Below the pieces are notes generated by a model that saw only the letters and a program-made list of their open reading frames with translations, was not told the DNA's origin and did no database searches. The position numbers and the translations under genes were made by a program. 64,000 nucleotides of DNA, from contig CBDBHE010000006.1 in assembly GCA_965205605.1 (NCBI GenBank), forward strand, positions 1 to 64,000, given 5' to 3'. The DNA comes from Spirochaetota bacterium. Its GTDB lineage: Bacteria > Spirochaetota > UBA12135 > COTS27 > CBDBHE01. This document shows positions 54,735 to 64,000 of the stretch, piece after piece. Positions within the stretch are counted from its first letter, which is position 1; the number at the start of each line of letters is the position of its first letter.

Positions 54735-55522
54735 TCTTTTTCCCCTCGATTAAAAAAAGTATCGAGTTTTTTTTTAAGTTCATTTATGGTAATATTTAGA
54801 AAAATTTTGGAATCTTTAGCTAAAGAAATATTACCTGTTTCTTCACTTGTAATAATGATAAAAGCATCCGAAAGCTCACTCAGTCCCAAAGCAGATCGAT
54901 GCCTTGTTCCATAAGTTTTTTTGATATCGCTTGATGAAGATAAATTAGCAATAAAACAAGCCGCTGCAACAATTTCACTTTGCTTAATGACAACAGCTCC
55001 ATCATGAAGAGGAGATTTTTTTTGAAAAATCGCAATTAATAAGTTTTTATTTAAATTAGCATTTAGCAAACTACCTGTGTCAATAATATTTTGAAGAGAA
55101 TCATTGCCTTTAATAATCATCAAAGACCCTATTTTTTTTTTAGAAAAATAAGACGTCACTTCTAAAATTTTACTTAGCTGTCCTTCTTGTTTTTTTAAAA
55201 TTTTTCGAATGAAAAAAGTCTTTTTACCAATCGTATATAAACTTTTTCTAATTTCAGAAGGAAATAAAATAACAAAAGAAATAAGCATCGGAGAAACTAC
55301 TTTTTCTAAAATAGCTTTTAATGTATCTAGTTCGAAATAGGCTGCTAAAATCGTTGCTAATAAAATAAGACCAAATCCTTGTAAAACAGGAAACACCCTT
55401 GTTTTAGAAACTGATTTATAGATATAGTAAATAATTAAATAAACAATCAGAATATCAACAACGTCAATAAAACTAAAGTCTTCAAAGAAAAAAGGAAATT
55501 TCGTTTGATAAGTCACCATCAT
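54731..55522 (-). CDS. cdaA: Membrane diadenylate cyclase CdaA/DacA
   Basis: Three N-terminal TMs; SPLHDGAVV, GTRHRSALG, SEETGNIS. Confidence 0.94.
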   Translation of the reverse strand: MMVTYQTKFPFFFEDFSFIDVVDILIVYLIIYYIYKSVSKTRVFPVLQGFGLILLATILAAYFELDTLKAILEKVVSPMLISFVILFPSEIRKSLYTIGKKTFFIRKILKKQEGQLSKILEVTSYFSKKKIGSLMIIKGNDSLQNIIDTGSLLNANLNKNLLIAIFQKKSPLHDGAVVIKQSEIVAAACFIANLSSSSDIKKTYGTRHRSALGLSELSDAFIIITSEETGNISLAKDSKIFLNITINELKKKLDTFFNRGEKE

Positions 55523-56376
55523 TAATTTGCTATCGCCCCTTGATACCCTTTAATACTATCTCTTATTTCTTCACTATGATGGACTCTTATGATATCACAC
55601 CCATTATTAATAGCGGCTAAATGAAATCCAATATTACCAAAAAGACAGTCTTGGATTTTTTTTTGAGTCAGCTCTTGGATTACTTTTTTCATCGAAGCCC
55701 CTATTAAGACAGGAAAGCCTAAAGATTTTAATTTTTTTATTTGTTTGACTAAAATGATATTATGCTCTTTAGTTTTTCCAAAACCGATTCCAGGATCAAT
55801 AATAATTTGTTCTCTTCTTGCTCCTAATTTTTTTATTAATTTTACTTTTTCTCTTAAGTATTGCAGCACTTCTTTTAAAACATCATTATAATGAGGGTTT
55901 TTTTGCATAAGAAGGGGGATGCCTTTTTTATGCATTAAAATAATAGGTGTTTTTAATTTACAAGCCAGAGATAACATTTCATTATTCGAAGCATCTCCAG
56001 ATGAAATATCATTAATCATATCGGCCCCAGCTTCGATTGCTTTTTTGGCAACATCTACTTTAGTGGTGTCGATAGAGATCAAGATATTTTTAAGTTTTTT
56101 TTTAATAAGTTTAATGATGGGAATGACTCTTTTGATTTCGACTTGTTCACTGATTCCTTTTGAAAAAGGTCGTGTTGATTCTCCGCCGATGTCCAAAATA
56201 GCCACTTGTGATTTTTGGGCTTTAGTCACTTTTTTTAGGATTTTTTTTTCGTTTAAATACTTTCCTCCATCATAAAACGAATCAGGAGTAACGTTGATAA
56301 TTTCCATAATAGCAGGAGTTTTTATAAAAAATCTTGAAGTATCTTTTAAAGTTAGAAAAAAGCCTTTTTGATTCAT
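55522..56376 (-). CDS. folP: Dihydropteroate synthase
   Basis: INVTPDSFYDGG, DIGGESTRP, ISIDT, INDIS, DPGIGFGK, IIRVH. Confidence 0.95.
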   Translation of the reverse strand: MNQKGFFLTLKDTSRFFIKTPAIMEIINVTPDSFYDGGKYLNEKKILKKVTKAQKSQVAILDIGGESTRPFSKGISEQVEIKRVIPIIKLIKKKLKNILISIDTTKVDVAKKAIEAGADMINDISSGDASNNEMLSLACKLKTPIILMHKKGIPLLMQKNPHYNDVLKEVLQYLREKVKLIKKLGARREQIIIDPGIGFGKTKEHNIILVKQIKKLKSLGFPVLIGASMKKVIQELTQKKIQDCLFGNIGFHLAAINNGCDIIRVHHSEEIRDSIKGYQGAIAN

Positions 56377-57536
56377 TGAAACACAATTTCTTTTTCTTGA
56401 TGAGTAATGGTTAATTTGTTTTTATTTGCTTTTTCAGTATGACCGATGATTTTGGAATCAATGTGATAGTCTTTTGCAATTGTTTGTATTTCTGTAGCAG
56501 TTTTTTCAGTTGTATAAATTTCCATTCGGTGACCACAATTAAAGGTTTTAAACATTTCTTCATGGTTAATTGTTTTAGAAAGCAATTTAAAAATAGGAGG
56601 AAAATCAAAAAGGTTGTTTTTAATATAATGGATGTTTTTTGAAAATTTAAGACATTTAGTTAATCCCCCTCCTGTACAATGAATGATGCCAAAAATATCT
56701 TTTTTAAATAGAGGTAATACTTTTTTAAATAAAGGTAAATAAGTGCGTGTTGGAGATAGTAGCGCTTTACCAATTGTTAAAGCACTACTAGGAGTCGCAT
56801 CACTTACTTGATACTTTCCACAATAAACTAAGTCTTTTGGAAGATTTTCATCATAAGTTTCAGGGTATTTTTCTCGATATATTTTTGATAAAAGCTCGTG
56901 TCTTGCTAGGGTAAGCCCATTAGAAGCAATCCCGGAGTTTTCTTCTTTTTCATAAGTTGTTTTTCCAAAAGAAGCCAGTCCTAAAATAACAAGATTGCTT
57001 TCAATATGATTAGGATTGATAAAATCTTTTTTTTTGACTTGAGTACAAGACGTAGCATCAAGAACAAGGGTTTTAACCACGTCTCCTATATCAGCTGTTT
57101 CTCCTCCTGTCAGTGATAGGGTAAAGCCTTTTTTGTTTAAAGCTTCAATAAATTCTTGCATGCCTTCTAGGAGGTTTTGAAGGATTTCTTTTGGGATACG
57201 CTCTTTATGCCTTCCTATGGTATTGGAAAAATAAATTTTGTCAAAAACACCCGAGCAAATAAGATCATCGGTGTTCATGACAATGGCATCTTGAGCTAAG
57301 GTTCTAAAAACTGAAAGGTCGCCAGTTTCTTTCCAGTATAAATAAGCTAAAGAAGATTTGCTACCTGTCCCATCGGCATGCATCATAAAAATATCTTTAT
57401 TATCATGGCTAAAAATATTTTTAAATCCGTTACAAAACGCACCTGGATAAAGACCTTTTTCTAAATTTTGAGTTGCCTCTTCGACTTCTTTTTTATCGTT
57501 TGAAACCCCTCTTTTAGCGTATGAATGAAAGTTCAC
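56373..57536 (-). CDS. purM: Phosphoribosylformylglycinamidine cyclo-ligase (AIR synthase), long form
   Basis: RGVS...GLYPGAFC, MHADGTGSKS, GGETAD, SNGLTLARH, LSPTRTY, HCTGGG, FNCGHRME. Confidence 0.9.
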   Translation of the reverse strand: MNFHSYAKRGVSNDKKEVEEATQNLEKGLYPGAFCNGFKNIFSHDNKDIFMMHADGTGSKSSLAYLYWKETGDLSVFRTLAQDAIVMNTDDLICSGVFDKIYFSNTIGRHKERIPKEILQNLLEGMQEFIEALNKKGFTLSLTGGETADIGDVVKTLVLDATSCTQVKKKDFINPNHIESNLVILGLASFGKTTYEKEENSGIASNGLTLARHELLSKIYREKYPETYDENLPKDLVYCGKYQVSDATPSSALTIGKALLSPTRTYLPLFKKVLPLFKKDIFGIIHCTGGGLTKCLKFSKNIHYIKNNLFDFPPIFKLLSKTINHEEMFKTFNCGHRMEIYTTEKTATEIQTIAKDYHIDSKIIGHTEKANKNKLTITHQEKEIVFQ

Positions 57537-57547
57537 TGGAATGTTTT

Positions 57548-57582
57548 ATTATAGCATTATCTCAAGTTTTGAGATGAATGCT
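57548..57582 (-). promoter_or_regulatory. Extended -10 promoter of purM overlapped by an inverted repeat
   Basis: Minus strand TG-c-TATAAT (57556-57548), 11 nt from the GTG start; inverted repeat AGCATT-ATCTCAA-gtt-TTGAGAT-g-AATGCT at 57553-57582. Confidence 0.5.
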
Positions 57583-57663
57583 TTGTGGTTTATTGTTGCG
57601 TTATCAAAAAAAATATTTTCATTAATATTTTTTAATATTACAATCAGTACTTTCCTTATGTTT

Positions 57664-57753
57664 GGAGTGATGTCTGAGTGGTCGAAGGAGCACGCTTGGA
57701 AAGCGTGTGTGCCTTAAGTGGTACCGAGGGTTCGAATCCCTCTCGCTCCGCCA
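57664..57753 (+). tRNA. tRNA-Ser (GGA)
   Basis: GGAGTGA...CACGC-TT GGA AA-GCGTG, long variable arm, GGTTCGAATCC, TCGCTCC-G-CCA. Confidence 0.97.
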
Positions 57754-57810
57754 TTAAACAATCTGTTTTAAACAACCTGTTTTATTTTTTGATTTCAAAA
57801 ATAAAAAAAA

Positions 57811-57840
57811 ATTTGAAAAATCGCAATTTGAAAAATCGCA
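57811..57840. repeat. Exact tandem duplication of the 15-mer ATTTGAAAAATCGCA
   Basis: Copies at 57811-57825 and 57826-57840. Confidence 0.85.
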
Positions 57841-58084
57841 TTTGTATGACTTTGAAGCTTGAAAGATAAAATTTATGATTTTCTAAAAAAAATCATAAAT
57901 CCATTAAGGTGTAAAGCATTGAAAGCTAAGAAATTTTTTTATTTTTGAAATCATATAAAATTATTTTTATTAGTATAATATTATGAAAATAAGTATTAAG
58001 ATTTCTTGCTTTCAGTTTTTAAAAAAATTATTTACTTGATAATGATTTATTTGGTTATTACAAGATAAAAATAGGAGTTAGTTT

Positions 58085-58906
58085 ATGAAAGAAAAAAAAA
58101 CAGCCTTAGTAACAGGAGCTTCATCAGGAATGGGAAAGGATTTTGTTAAAGCTTTGTTAAAAGAAGGTTATCTTGTTTATGGGGTTGCTCGTCGTGTGGA
58201 AAAGATGAAGGACATCAAAAAAGCTGGAGCGATCACCCTTAAAATGGATATTACAAAAGACCAAGAAATTAAAGAAGTAGTTTCAACAATTGAAAAAAAA
58301 CATGGGGGGTTAGATGTTTTGGTTAATAATGCGGGTTATGGTTTGTATGGGTCGGTTGAAGAGGTAACGATTAAAGAAGCTCGTTATCAGTTTGAGGTCA
58401 ATTTGTTTGGTTTAGCTCGTTTGACCCAATTATTACTTCCGGGGATGCGTCATAAAAAATCGGGAAAAATCATTAATATTTCTTCTATTGGAGCTAAGAT
58501 TTATGGCTCTTTAGGAGCTTGGTATTATGGAACGAAACATGCTTTAGAAGGGTGGTCCAATGTTCTTCGAGTTGAAGTCAAGCAATTTGGGATTCAAGTG
58601 GTGATTATTGAGCCTGGGTTGATTGCAACTGGATTTGGTGATGCTATGAAGAATTCTGTAATGAGTACCTCTGGAAAAGGCCCTTATAAACATTTAGCTG
58701 AAAAAGTGGCAAAATCTTTTGAGAGACTTGGTAAAATTGGTTCAAAACCAACCGTGATTACCAATTTGGTGATTAAAGCAGTACGGGCTAAAAATCCAAA
58801 AATACGTTATATTGGTGGAAAATTTGCTAAATCTTTTTTATTTTTACGCAGATATCTTAGCGATCGACTCTTTGATAAACTCATTTATATGTCCGATAAG
58901 AGTTAA
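58085..58906 (+). CDS. Short-chain dehydrogenase/reductase
   Basis: TGASSGMG, NNAGYG, YYGTK (YxxxK), IEPG. Confidence 0.95.
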   Translation: MKEKKTALVTGASSGMGKDFVKALLKEGYLVYGVARRVEKMKDIKKAGAITLKMDITKDQEIKEVVSTIEKKHGGLDVLVNNAGYGLYGSVEEVTIKEARYQFEVNLFGLARLTQLLLPGMRHKKSGKIINISSIGAKIYGSLGAWYYGTKHALEGWSNVLRVEVKQFGIQVVIIEPGLIATGFGDAMKNSVMSTSGKGPYKHLAEKVAKSFERLGKIGSKPTVITNLVIKAVRAKNPKIRYIGGKFAKSFLFLRRYLSDRLFDKLIYMSDKS

Positions 58907-58989
58907 AAATAAGGTAAAAATGCTTCTTTAGATTTCGTTTTTTATCAACGAAAGCTTGTATTTAAATTGTAAAAAATAGGAAAAAAAAA

Positions 58990-59202
58990 GTGTATCAAGC
59001 AACCCAGTTTAGAAGTTTTATTAAAACATTTTCTTGGCGTATTTTAGCGACTATGACGACAATTAGCTTAGTTTATTTTTTTACAAATGAATTAGAAGTT
59101 GCTGCAACCATAGGAGGCATTGAAATCATTGTTAAAATGATTTTGTATTATTTTCACGAAAGAGCTTGGAATAAAATTTCTTTAGGGAAAAAGACAAGTT
59201 AG
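58990..59202 (+). CDS. DUF2061 family small membrane protein
   Basis: RSFIKTFSWRILAT...KMILYYFHERAW. Confidence 0.88.
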   Translation: MYQATQFRSFIKTFSWRILATMTTISLVYFFTNELEVAATIGGIEIIVKMILYYFHERAWNKISLGKKTS

Positions 59203-59217
59203 ATAAGGCTTTAAAAA

Positions 59218-60213
59218 TCAAGGCAAGGTTATTTCTAATAACTTTGCCTTTTGATGAGTTGTTTTTTCTAAAGAAAGTTTTATTTTTTGTAAACTTGCAG
59301 GAATAAGAACAACTTCTCCATAGTTTAGAGATTCTTTATCATTTTCTAAAGACAACACGCATTTGTTTTCAACGTTTATTAAAATCTTAAAAGAATCCAG
59401 GTTTTCATAGTTTCTTTCTACTGTATTTTCTATTGTGATTAAAGAAGTGTTAAAATACGGACAAGAGACGATTGGGGTTGTTGGAGTGTTTTGAGGATGA
59501 TAATCAATTTCTTTGTTTGTTGATTTTTGAAAATCAATGGCTTGTAAAGCAAGCTTTGTGTGCAGCTCTCTTTTTTTACCATTTTTGTTCACCCGATCCC
59601 AATCATAAATACGATAAGTGATATCAGAAGCTTGTTGGATTTCGGCTAGTAAAATTTTTCCTCCAATGGCGTGAACTTTTCCTGCAGGTAAGAAGAAAAC
59701 ATTTCCTTTTTTAACAGGCACTTGATTTAAAATAGAAAGCAATGTTTTTTCTTTTAAATGTTTAAGGTAAGTTTCTTTGGATATTTTTTGATTAAACCCA
59801 TAGATAATCCTAGCATTTTTTTCTGCTTGTAAAATATACCACATTTCTGTTTTACCAAAGGATTGGTGTGCTTTAAGTGCTAAGTTGTCATTTGGATGGA
59901 GTTGGATCGAAAGATCACTTTTAGCATCAATAAATTTAATTAATAAAGGAAACGTATCACCATAAACTTCATAAGCTTTTTTTCCTAGAAGACTAGATTG
60001 ATATTTTCTAATCGCCTTTTTTAAAGAAGTTCCTTTGAGAAACCCATTAGTGATCATTGAAATTTCTTTTCCAAATCCGGTGATTTCCCAAGATTCTCCA
60101 CATTGTTTTAAAGAAGAAGTATCTTTTTTAAGAATGGTTTTAATTTTATCTCCTCCCCATATGGTTTCTTTAAAAATGGGTTGGAATTTTAATGGATAGT
60201 TTATTAAAGTCAT
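59218..60213 (-). CDS. manA: Mannose-6-phosphate isomerase, type I
   Basis: IWGG, GESWE, FPLLIKFIDA..DLSIQLHP, GKTEMWY, HAIG, EIQQASDITYRIYDW. Confidence 0.93.
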   Translation of the reverse strand: MTLINYPLKFQPIFKETIWGGDKIKTILKKDTSSLKQCGESWEITGFGKEISMITNGFLKGTSLKKAIRKYQSSLLGKKAYEVYGDTFPLLIKFIDAKSDLSIQLHPNDNLALKAHQSFGKTEMWYILQAEKNARIIYGFNQKISKETYLKHLKEKTLLSILNQVPVKKGNVFFLPAGKVHAIGGKILLAEIQQASDITYRIYDWDRVNKNGKKRELHTKLALQAIDFQKSTNKEIDYHPQNTPTTPIVSCPYFNTSLITIENTVERNYENLDSFKILINVENKCVLSLENDKESLNYGEVVLIPASLQKIKLSLEKTTHQKAKLLEITLP

Positions 60214-60277
60214 TGGCTTTAGTGTCTTTAAATTTATTTTATATTAAAATGATCATGTTAAGGGGGATTATTTTTTT

Positions 60278-60961
60278 ATGAATAATCTTTTTCAAGTGAT
60301 TTATCAAGAAGCTTGTCATCTTTATAAAAAAAAAAAGTATGAGCAAGCAGAAGTTGTTTTAATAAAGCTTTTTCAAAATAACCCTAAAGAAGTTTGTATC
60401 CATTATATGTTGGCAGTTGTCATGATTCGTTTAAAAAGGGATAGAAAAAGAATTTTTGGGCATTTAAAAAATATTCTTCATTTACAAGGCTCGTCTTCTT
60501 TTGTGAATCGCTCTCGTTTACTTTTGGGTTATTTATCGATTGAAGAAAATGAGTTTAATTTAGCTAAAGATTATTTAAATCCATTGAAAGATCATGTTTC
60601 TAAAAAAAAAAATCCTTATTCGTTTTTGGCTTATATTGCTTACAAGGAAAATGAATATAAGCAAGCAAAAACGTATTATGAAAAATCGTTACAAATTGAT
60701 ACTGATAATCCCAATACTTTGAATGCACTGGGGTATTTGTATCTGGAAATGGGTCAAGAAAATAAAGCAGAAGAATATCTTTTAAAAGCTTTAAAAAAAA
60801 ATGAGAGTCATTATGCTTATCTTGATAGTGTAGGGTGGTTTTACTTTCTTAAAAAACAATTTTCTAAAGCGATTCATTATTTAACAAAGTCATTTGAAAC
60901 TAAACCCCTTGAAATCACTAAAAAGCATTTAGAAATAGCCAAAAAAGCGAGTTTTAAATGA
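60278..60961 (+). CDS. TPR protein
   Basis: Repeats such as YKQAKTYYEKSLQIDTDNPNTLNALGYLY and AYLDSVGW. Confidence 0.85.
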   Translation: MNNLFQVIYQEACHLYKKKKYEQAEVVLIKLFQNNPKEVCIHYMLAVVMIRLKRDRKRIFGHLKNILHLQGSSSFVNRSRLLLGYLSIEENEFNLAKDYLNPLKDHVSKKKNPYSFLAYIAYKENEYKQAKTYYEKSLQIDTDNPNTLNALGYLYLEMGQENKAEEYLLKALKKNESHYAYLDSVGWFYFLKKQFSKAIHYLTKSFETKPLEITKKHLEIAKKASFK

Positions 60962-61626
60962 GAGGGTGGTTACTTTGTTTTTTTTTGGGAGGGTTTGTTT
61001 TTTCTTGTTTGAGAAATGAACAGAAAATTTATCAAGAAGCGGTGAATTTTTTGCTTAAAGAAGATATCAAATCTTTAAATCAGGCGGTTAAAAAATATGA
61101 TGAAACGATTCGATATACCTTACTAGCTTTAGATGGGAAATATAAGGCTTACAAAGTTTTAGGGATGAAACTTTTAGAGCATAAAATGTATTTAGAAGCG
61201 TCTAAAGCCTTTAATTTAGCGAGAAAAATTGATCCCACGGGTCCTAATATTCATTATTATTTAGGGCTTTGTTATGCTAATTATGCAGAAGTCATTTTTG
61301 ATGAACGAAGAAAATATATTGACTTGGCTGAAAAAGCCTATCAAGCTGGACTGAAACAAGATAAAAATAATGCCATTATTTATTATGCTCTTGGGGTGTT
61401 GACTGGGTTTCTTAAAAAAGATCTTGATGAAGGGATTAGGTTGCTTGAAATTGCAAAAACAAAAGAACCGAATGATTTGAGTATTTTATTTGCGTGTGCT
61501 AATCTATATTATCAAAAAGGATTTAAAGAAATTGCTAGGGGTTATTATCAAAAAATTATGCAAATAGCCCCTAAAAAATCAGAAAAGTGGCAAAAAGCAA
61601 AATCTAATTTGGAGGATCTTTTTTAA
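60958..61626 (+). CDS. TPR protein, probable lipoprotein
   Basis: Lipobox-like FVFSC; TPR repeats (HYYLGLCY, YYALGVL). Confidence 0.8.
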   Translation: MRGWLLCFFLGGFVFSCLRNEQKIYQEAVNFLLKEDIKSLNQAVKKYDETIRYTLLALDGKYKAYKVLGMKLLEHKMYLEASKAFNLARKIDPTGPNIHYYLGLCYANYAEVIFDERRKYIDLAEKAYQAGLKQDKNNAIIYYALGVLTGFLKKDLDEGIRLLEIAKTKEPNDLSILFACANLYYQKGFKEIARGYYQKIMQIAPKKSEKWQKAKSNLEDLF

Positions 61627-61632
61627 AAAACA

Positions 61633-62739
61633 ATGATTTCTTCTTATGATCCTGTAAAAACAATTAGTTTAACGTGTTCTAAGACGTTGAAAGGTAAAGC
61701 GCTTAATTTATTGGCAAAACAATTGGGGGGATATGATCGAGTTTTGTCTTTAAGTGATCAAGAAATTACAAAATGGTTAAAAGAATTTAAAAAAGATTTT
61801 GAAGGCAAAGAGGTTCTTTATGAAAAAGGTAAGGTTATTTTCAAACAATGTAAGGAGCAGGGAATTAAGATTCTTTTTATAGAAGACTCATTGTATCCTA
61901 GTCGTCTTAAACAAATTTATAATCCGCCTTTAGTGCTTTATTATAAAGGAGCGTTTTCTACAAAGCTTTTGTGTTTAGAGCAAAAGACGGTTTCAGTTGT
62001 AGGGACTCGAAAACCTCATAAAGATACTTTGAAAAAAACAAAAGAGTGGTGTTTTCATTTATCAAAGTTAGGCTTTCATATTATTTCAGGGATGGCTTTA
62101 GGGATTGATGCGTTTTCTCACTTGGGAGCTTTAGAAGGGGTTAATGGGGGGACTACAGCTGTTTTAGGTAGTGGAGTTGATTTTGTTTACCCTTATGGTA
62201 ATCTTCCTTTATATCGTCAAATTTTAGACAAAGGCGGAACCATTCTTTCTGAATATCCTCCAAAAACAAAGCCTAAAAGATATTATTTTCCTTTTAGAAA
62301 TCGTATTATTAGTGGGCTTTCGGATGTGCTTATTATGATGCAAGCGGGGGCTAAAAGCGGGGCTTTAATTACAGCGAGGTATTCTTTAGAAAATAATAGA
62401 GATATTCTTGTTTACAAAGGGGAGTTTAATTCGTCATTATTTGAGGGAAATCAAAATTTAATTAAAGAAGGGGCTAAATCGATTTATTCTTTAGGAGATT
62501 TATTACGATACTTTAATTGTGATGAGGTTCTTTCTTTTGAAGCAGTAGAAATGACTGATGTTGAAAAAAAAATCATGGCAACCCTTTGTGGTAAAAAATC
62601 TAAAGATTTAACAACCCTTTCAAAAACACTGATGATAAAATCAGAAGACCTTGTGGGACATTTATTACATTTGATTTTAAAAGGAATGGTTGAAGAGCTT
62701 CCTGGTAAAAGATATTTTAAAAAAAATCCTTATCATTAA
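61633..62739 (+). CDS. dprA: DNA-processing protein DprA/Smf
   Basis: YPSRLKQIYNPP, VVGTR, ISGMALGID, FPFRNRIISGLS, SGALITA. Confidence 0.95.
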   Translation: MISSYDPVKTISLTCSKTLKGKALNLLAKQLGGYDRVLSLSDQEITKWLKEFKKDFEGKEVLYEKGKVIFKQCKEQGIKILFIEDSLYPSRLKQIYNPPLVLYYKGAFSTKLLCLEQKTVSVVGTRKPHKDTLKKTKEWCFHLSKLGFHIISGMALGIDAFSHLGALEGVNGGTTAVLGSGVDFVYPYGNLPLYRQILDKGGTILSEYPPKTKPKRYYFPFRNRIISGLSDVLIMMQAGAKSGALITARYSLENNRDILVYKGEFNSSLFEGNQNLIKEGAKSIYSLGDLLRYFNCDEVLSFEAVEMTDVEKKIMATLCGKKSKDLTTLSKTLMIKSEDLVGHLLHLILKGMVEELPGKRYFKKNPYH

Positions 62740-62742
62740 TTA

Positions 62743-63675
62743 GTGGCTAAAGTAAAGAAACGATCAATGGATGATTTAAAAAAAATTTTCAATTGCTATT
62801 TAAGCTACTTAAAGATAGAAAGAAATTATTCTCTCAACACAGTTGAAGCTTATAAAAAAGATGTTTTGCGATTTACAACTTTTTTACCTAAAGAGTTTCA
62901 TTTGTATACTAGAGAAGATATTCGTTTTTATTTAAGAAATTTAAAAAAAAAAAAAAAATCTAATAGTTCGATTATTCGAAATATTTCAAGTCTTAAAAAT
63001 TTTTTTTCTTTTTTAACAAAATATTCTTTAATGAATTATAGTCCCATGACTGCTATGAGTCGTTATAAGAAAAAAAAAAACCTTCCTTGTTTTTTGTATC
63101 AAAATCAATTGGTGGATCTTTTGGACTCTTTTCCAAAGGAAACGTATCTAGATGAAAGAAATCGAATTATTTTTGAAGCCCTTTATGGTTTGGGAATAAG
63201 AATTTCAGAACTTTCTAAAATTGGAGAAGGAGATATTTGTTTTGAAACAAAGATGATTAAAATTAATGGGAAGGGAAGAAAAATACGTTTTTTACCTTTA
63301 ACCGAAAGGCTCTTTACAGTTTTTAAAAATTTTATTAAAATTAAAAATAAAGCTTTAGATAAAATTTTTAAATCTAATGAAAAATTATTTTTAAATCATA
63401 AAGGACAAACATTGTCGATTAGAGGGATTCGTTTTTTATTTTATAAAATGGTATTAAAACATTCGGCTTTTTTAAAGATTTCTCCTCATGCGCTTAGGCA
63501 TTCTTTGGCAACGCATCTTTTAGAAAACGATTGTGATATTAAAAAAGTACAAGAAATTTTAGGGCATAGCTCACTGAGCTCGACACAAGTGTACATGCAC
63601 CTCTCTAAAAGCCAATTGAAGAAAAAATATTTAACTCACCACCCTCTTTCTATAAAAAAAAAGGCAATGTTTTGA
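62743..63675 (+). CDS. xerC: Tyrosine recombinase XerC/XerD
   Basis: Catalytic residues intact: GIRISEL, GKGRK, HALRHS, LGHS, TQVY; lies between dprA and hslV. Confidence 0.88.
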   Translation: MAKVKKRSMDDLKKIFNCYLSYLKIERNYSLNTVEAYKKDVLRFTTFLPKEFHLYTREDIRFYLRNLKKKKKSNSSIIRNISSLKNFFSFLTKYSLMNYSPMTAMSRYKKKKNLPCFLYQNQLVDLLDSFPKETYLDERNRIIFEALYGLGIRISELSKIGEGDICFETKMIKINGKGRKIRFLPLTERLFTVFKNFIKIKNKALDKIFKSNEKLFLNHKGQTLSIRGIRFLFYKMVLKHSAFLKISPHALRHSLATHLLENDCDIKKVQEILGHSSLSSTQVYMHLSKSQLKKKYLTHHPLSIKKKAMF

Positions 63676-64000
63676 AAAGAAACCAAAATACTTTTTATGG
63701 GACAACGATTGTTTGTGTAAGGAGGTCTAAGAAAGTTGCCATAGCGGGAGATGGACAAGTAACACTTGGTAATAGTGTGATTAAAGGTAATGCTAAAAAA
63801 ATTAGAAAACTTTATAATGGGACCGTCATTAGTGGTTTTGCTGGAGCAGTAGCGGATGCACTTAGCTTGTATGAGAGGGTAGAGAAGAAATTAGAATCTT
63901 TAAATGGAGATCTTTTGGCCGCTTGTGTAGAGCTTGCTAAAGATTGGAGGATGGATAAATACCTTAGAAAACTTGAAGCGATGATTATTTTAGCGGATAA
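63672..64000 (+). CDS. hslV: ATP-dependent protease subunit HslV (partial, runs off the window)
   Basis: Manual translation from TTG 63672: ...[24 protein letters not shown]...GFAGAVADA...[16 protein letters not shown]. Confidence 0.95.
   Translation, partial: MKRNQNTFYGTTIVCVRRSKKVAIAGDGQVTLGNSVIKGNAKKIRKLYNGTVISGFAGAVADALSLYERVEKKLESLNGDLLAACVELAKDWRMDKYLRKLEAMIILAD

Noticed and set aside
57678-57869. 63-aa ORF
   Set aside because: Overlaps tRNA-Ser; spurious translation
57754-57900. Possible CRISPR array
   Set aside because: Only two adjacent copies per repeat, no spacers, no cas genes
62743-63675. Tyrosine recombinase as a prophage or island integrase
   Set aside because: Length and dprA/hslV context indicate housekeeping Xer; no att sites or phage genes seen

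Overview
A 64-kb, very AT-rich stretch of bacterial chromosome, mostly housekeeping genes. These include folK (partial), ruvB, pcrA/uvrD, pntAB, glyA, gatC, nadA, rseP, dxr, recR-ebfC-dnaX, pdxJ, cdaR-cdaA-folP-purM and dprA-xerC-hslV, plus three tRNAs (Glu, Lys, Ser) and the SRP RNA. Gene content, gene order and a G2-U71 pair in tRNA-Lys suggest a Spirochaetota-like organism (inference). An accessory segment at about 10.3-20.7 kb holds a decayed WYL regulator, a sulfatase, a B12 radical SAM enzyme with a CX9CX2C motif, a Tat-exported PL8 lyase and a decayed GH5-like gene. The most notable feature is a 2285-aa SprA/Sov-like (type IX secretion translocon-like) outer membrane protein gene that follows rseP. 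It faces a convergent M16 peptidase / split DUF2723 (TMEM260-like) glycosyltransferase / TPR / PEGA-like operon, and no other T9SS genes were recognised. Other oddities are dxr interrupted at an A13 tract and an IscA plus YgfZ-TPR fusion pair. No CRISPR array, IS element or prophage was seen. All calls come from motifs recognised by eye; no searches were run.
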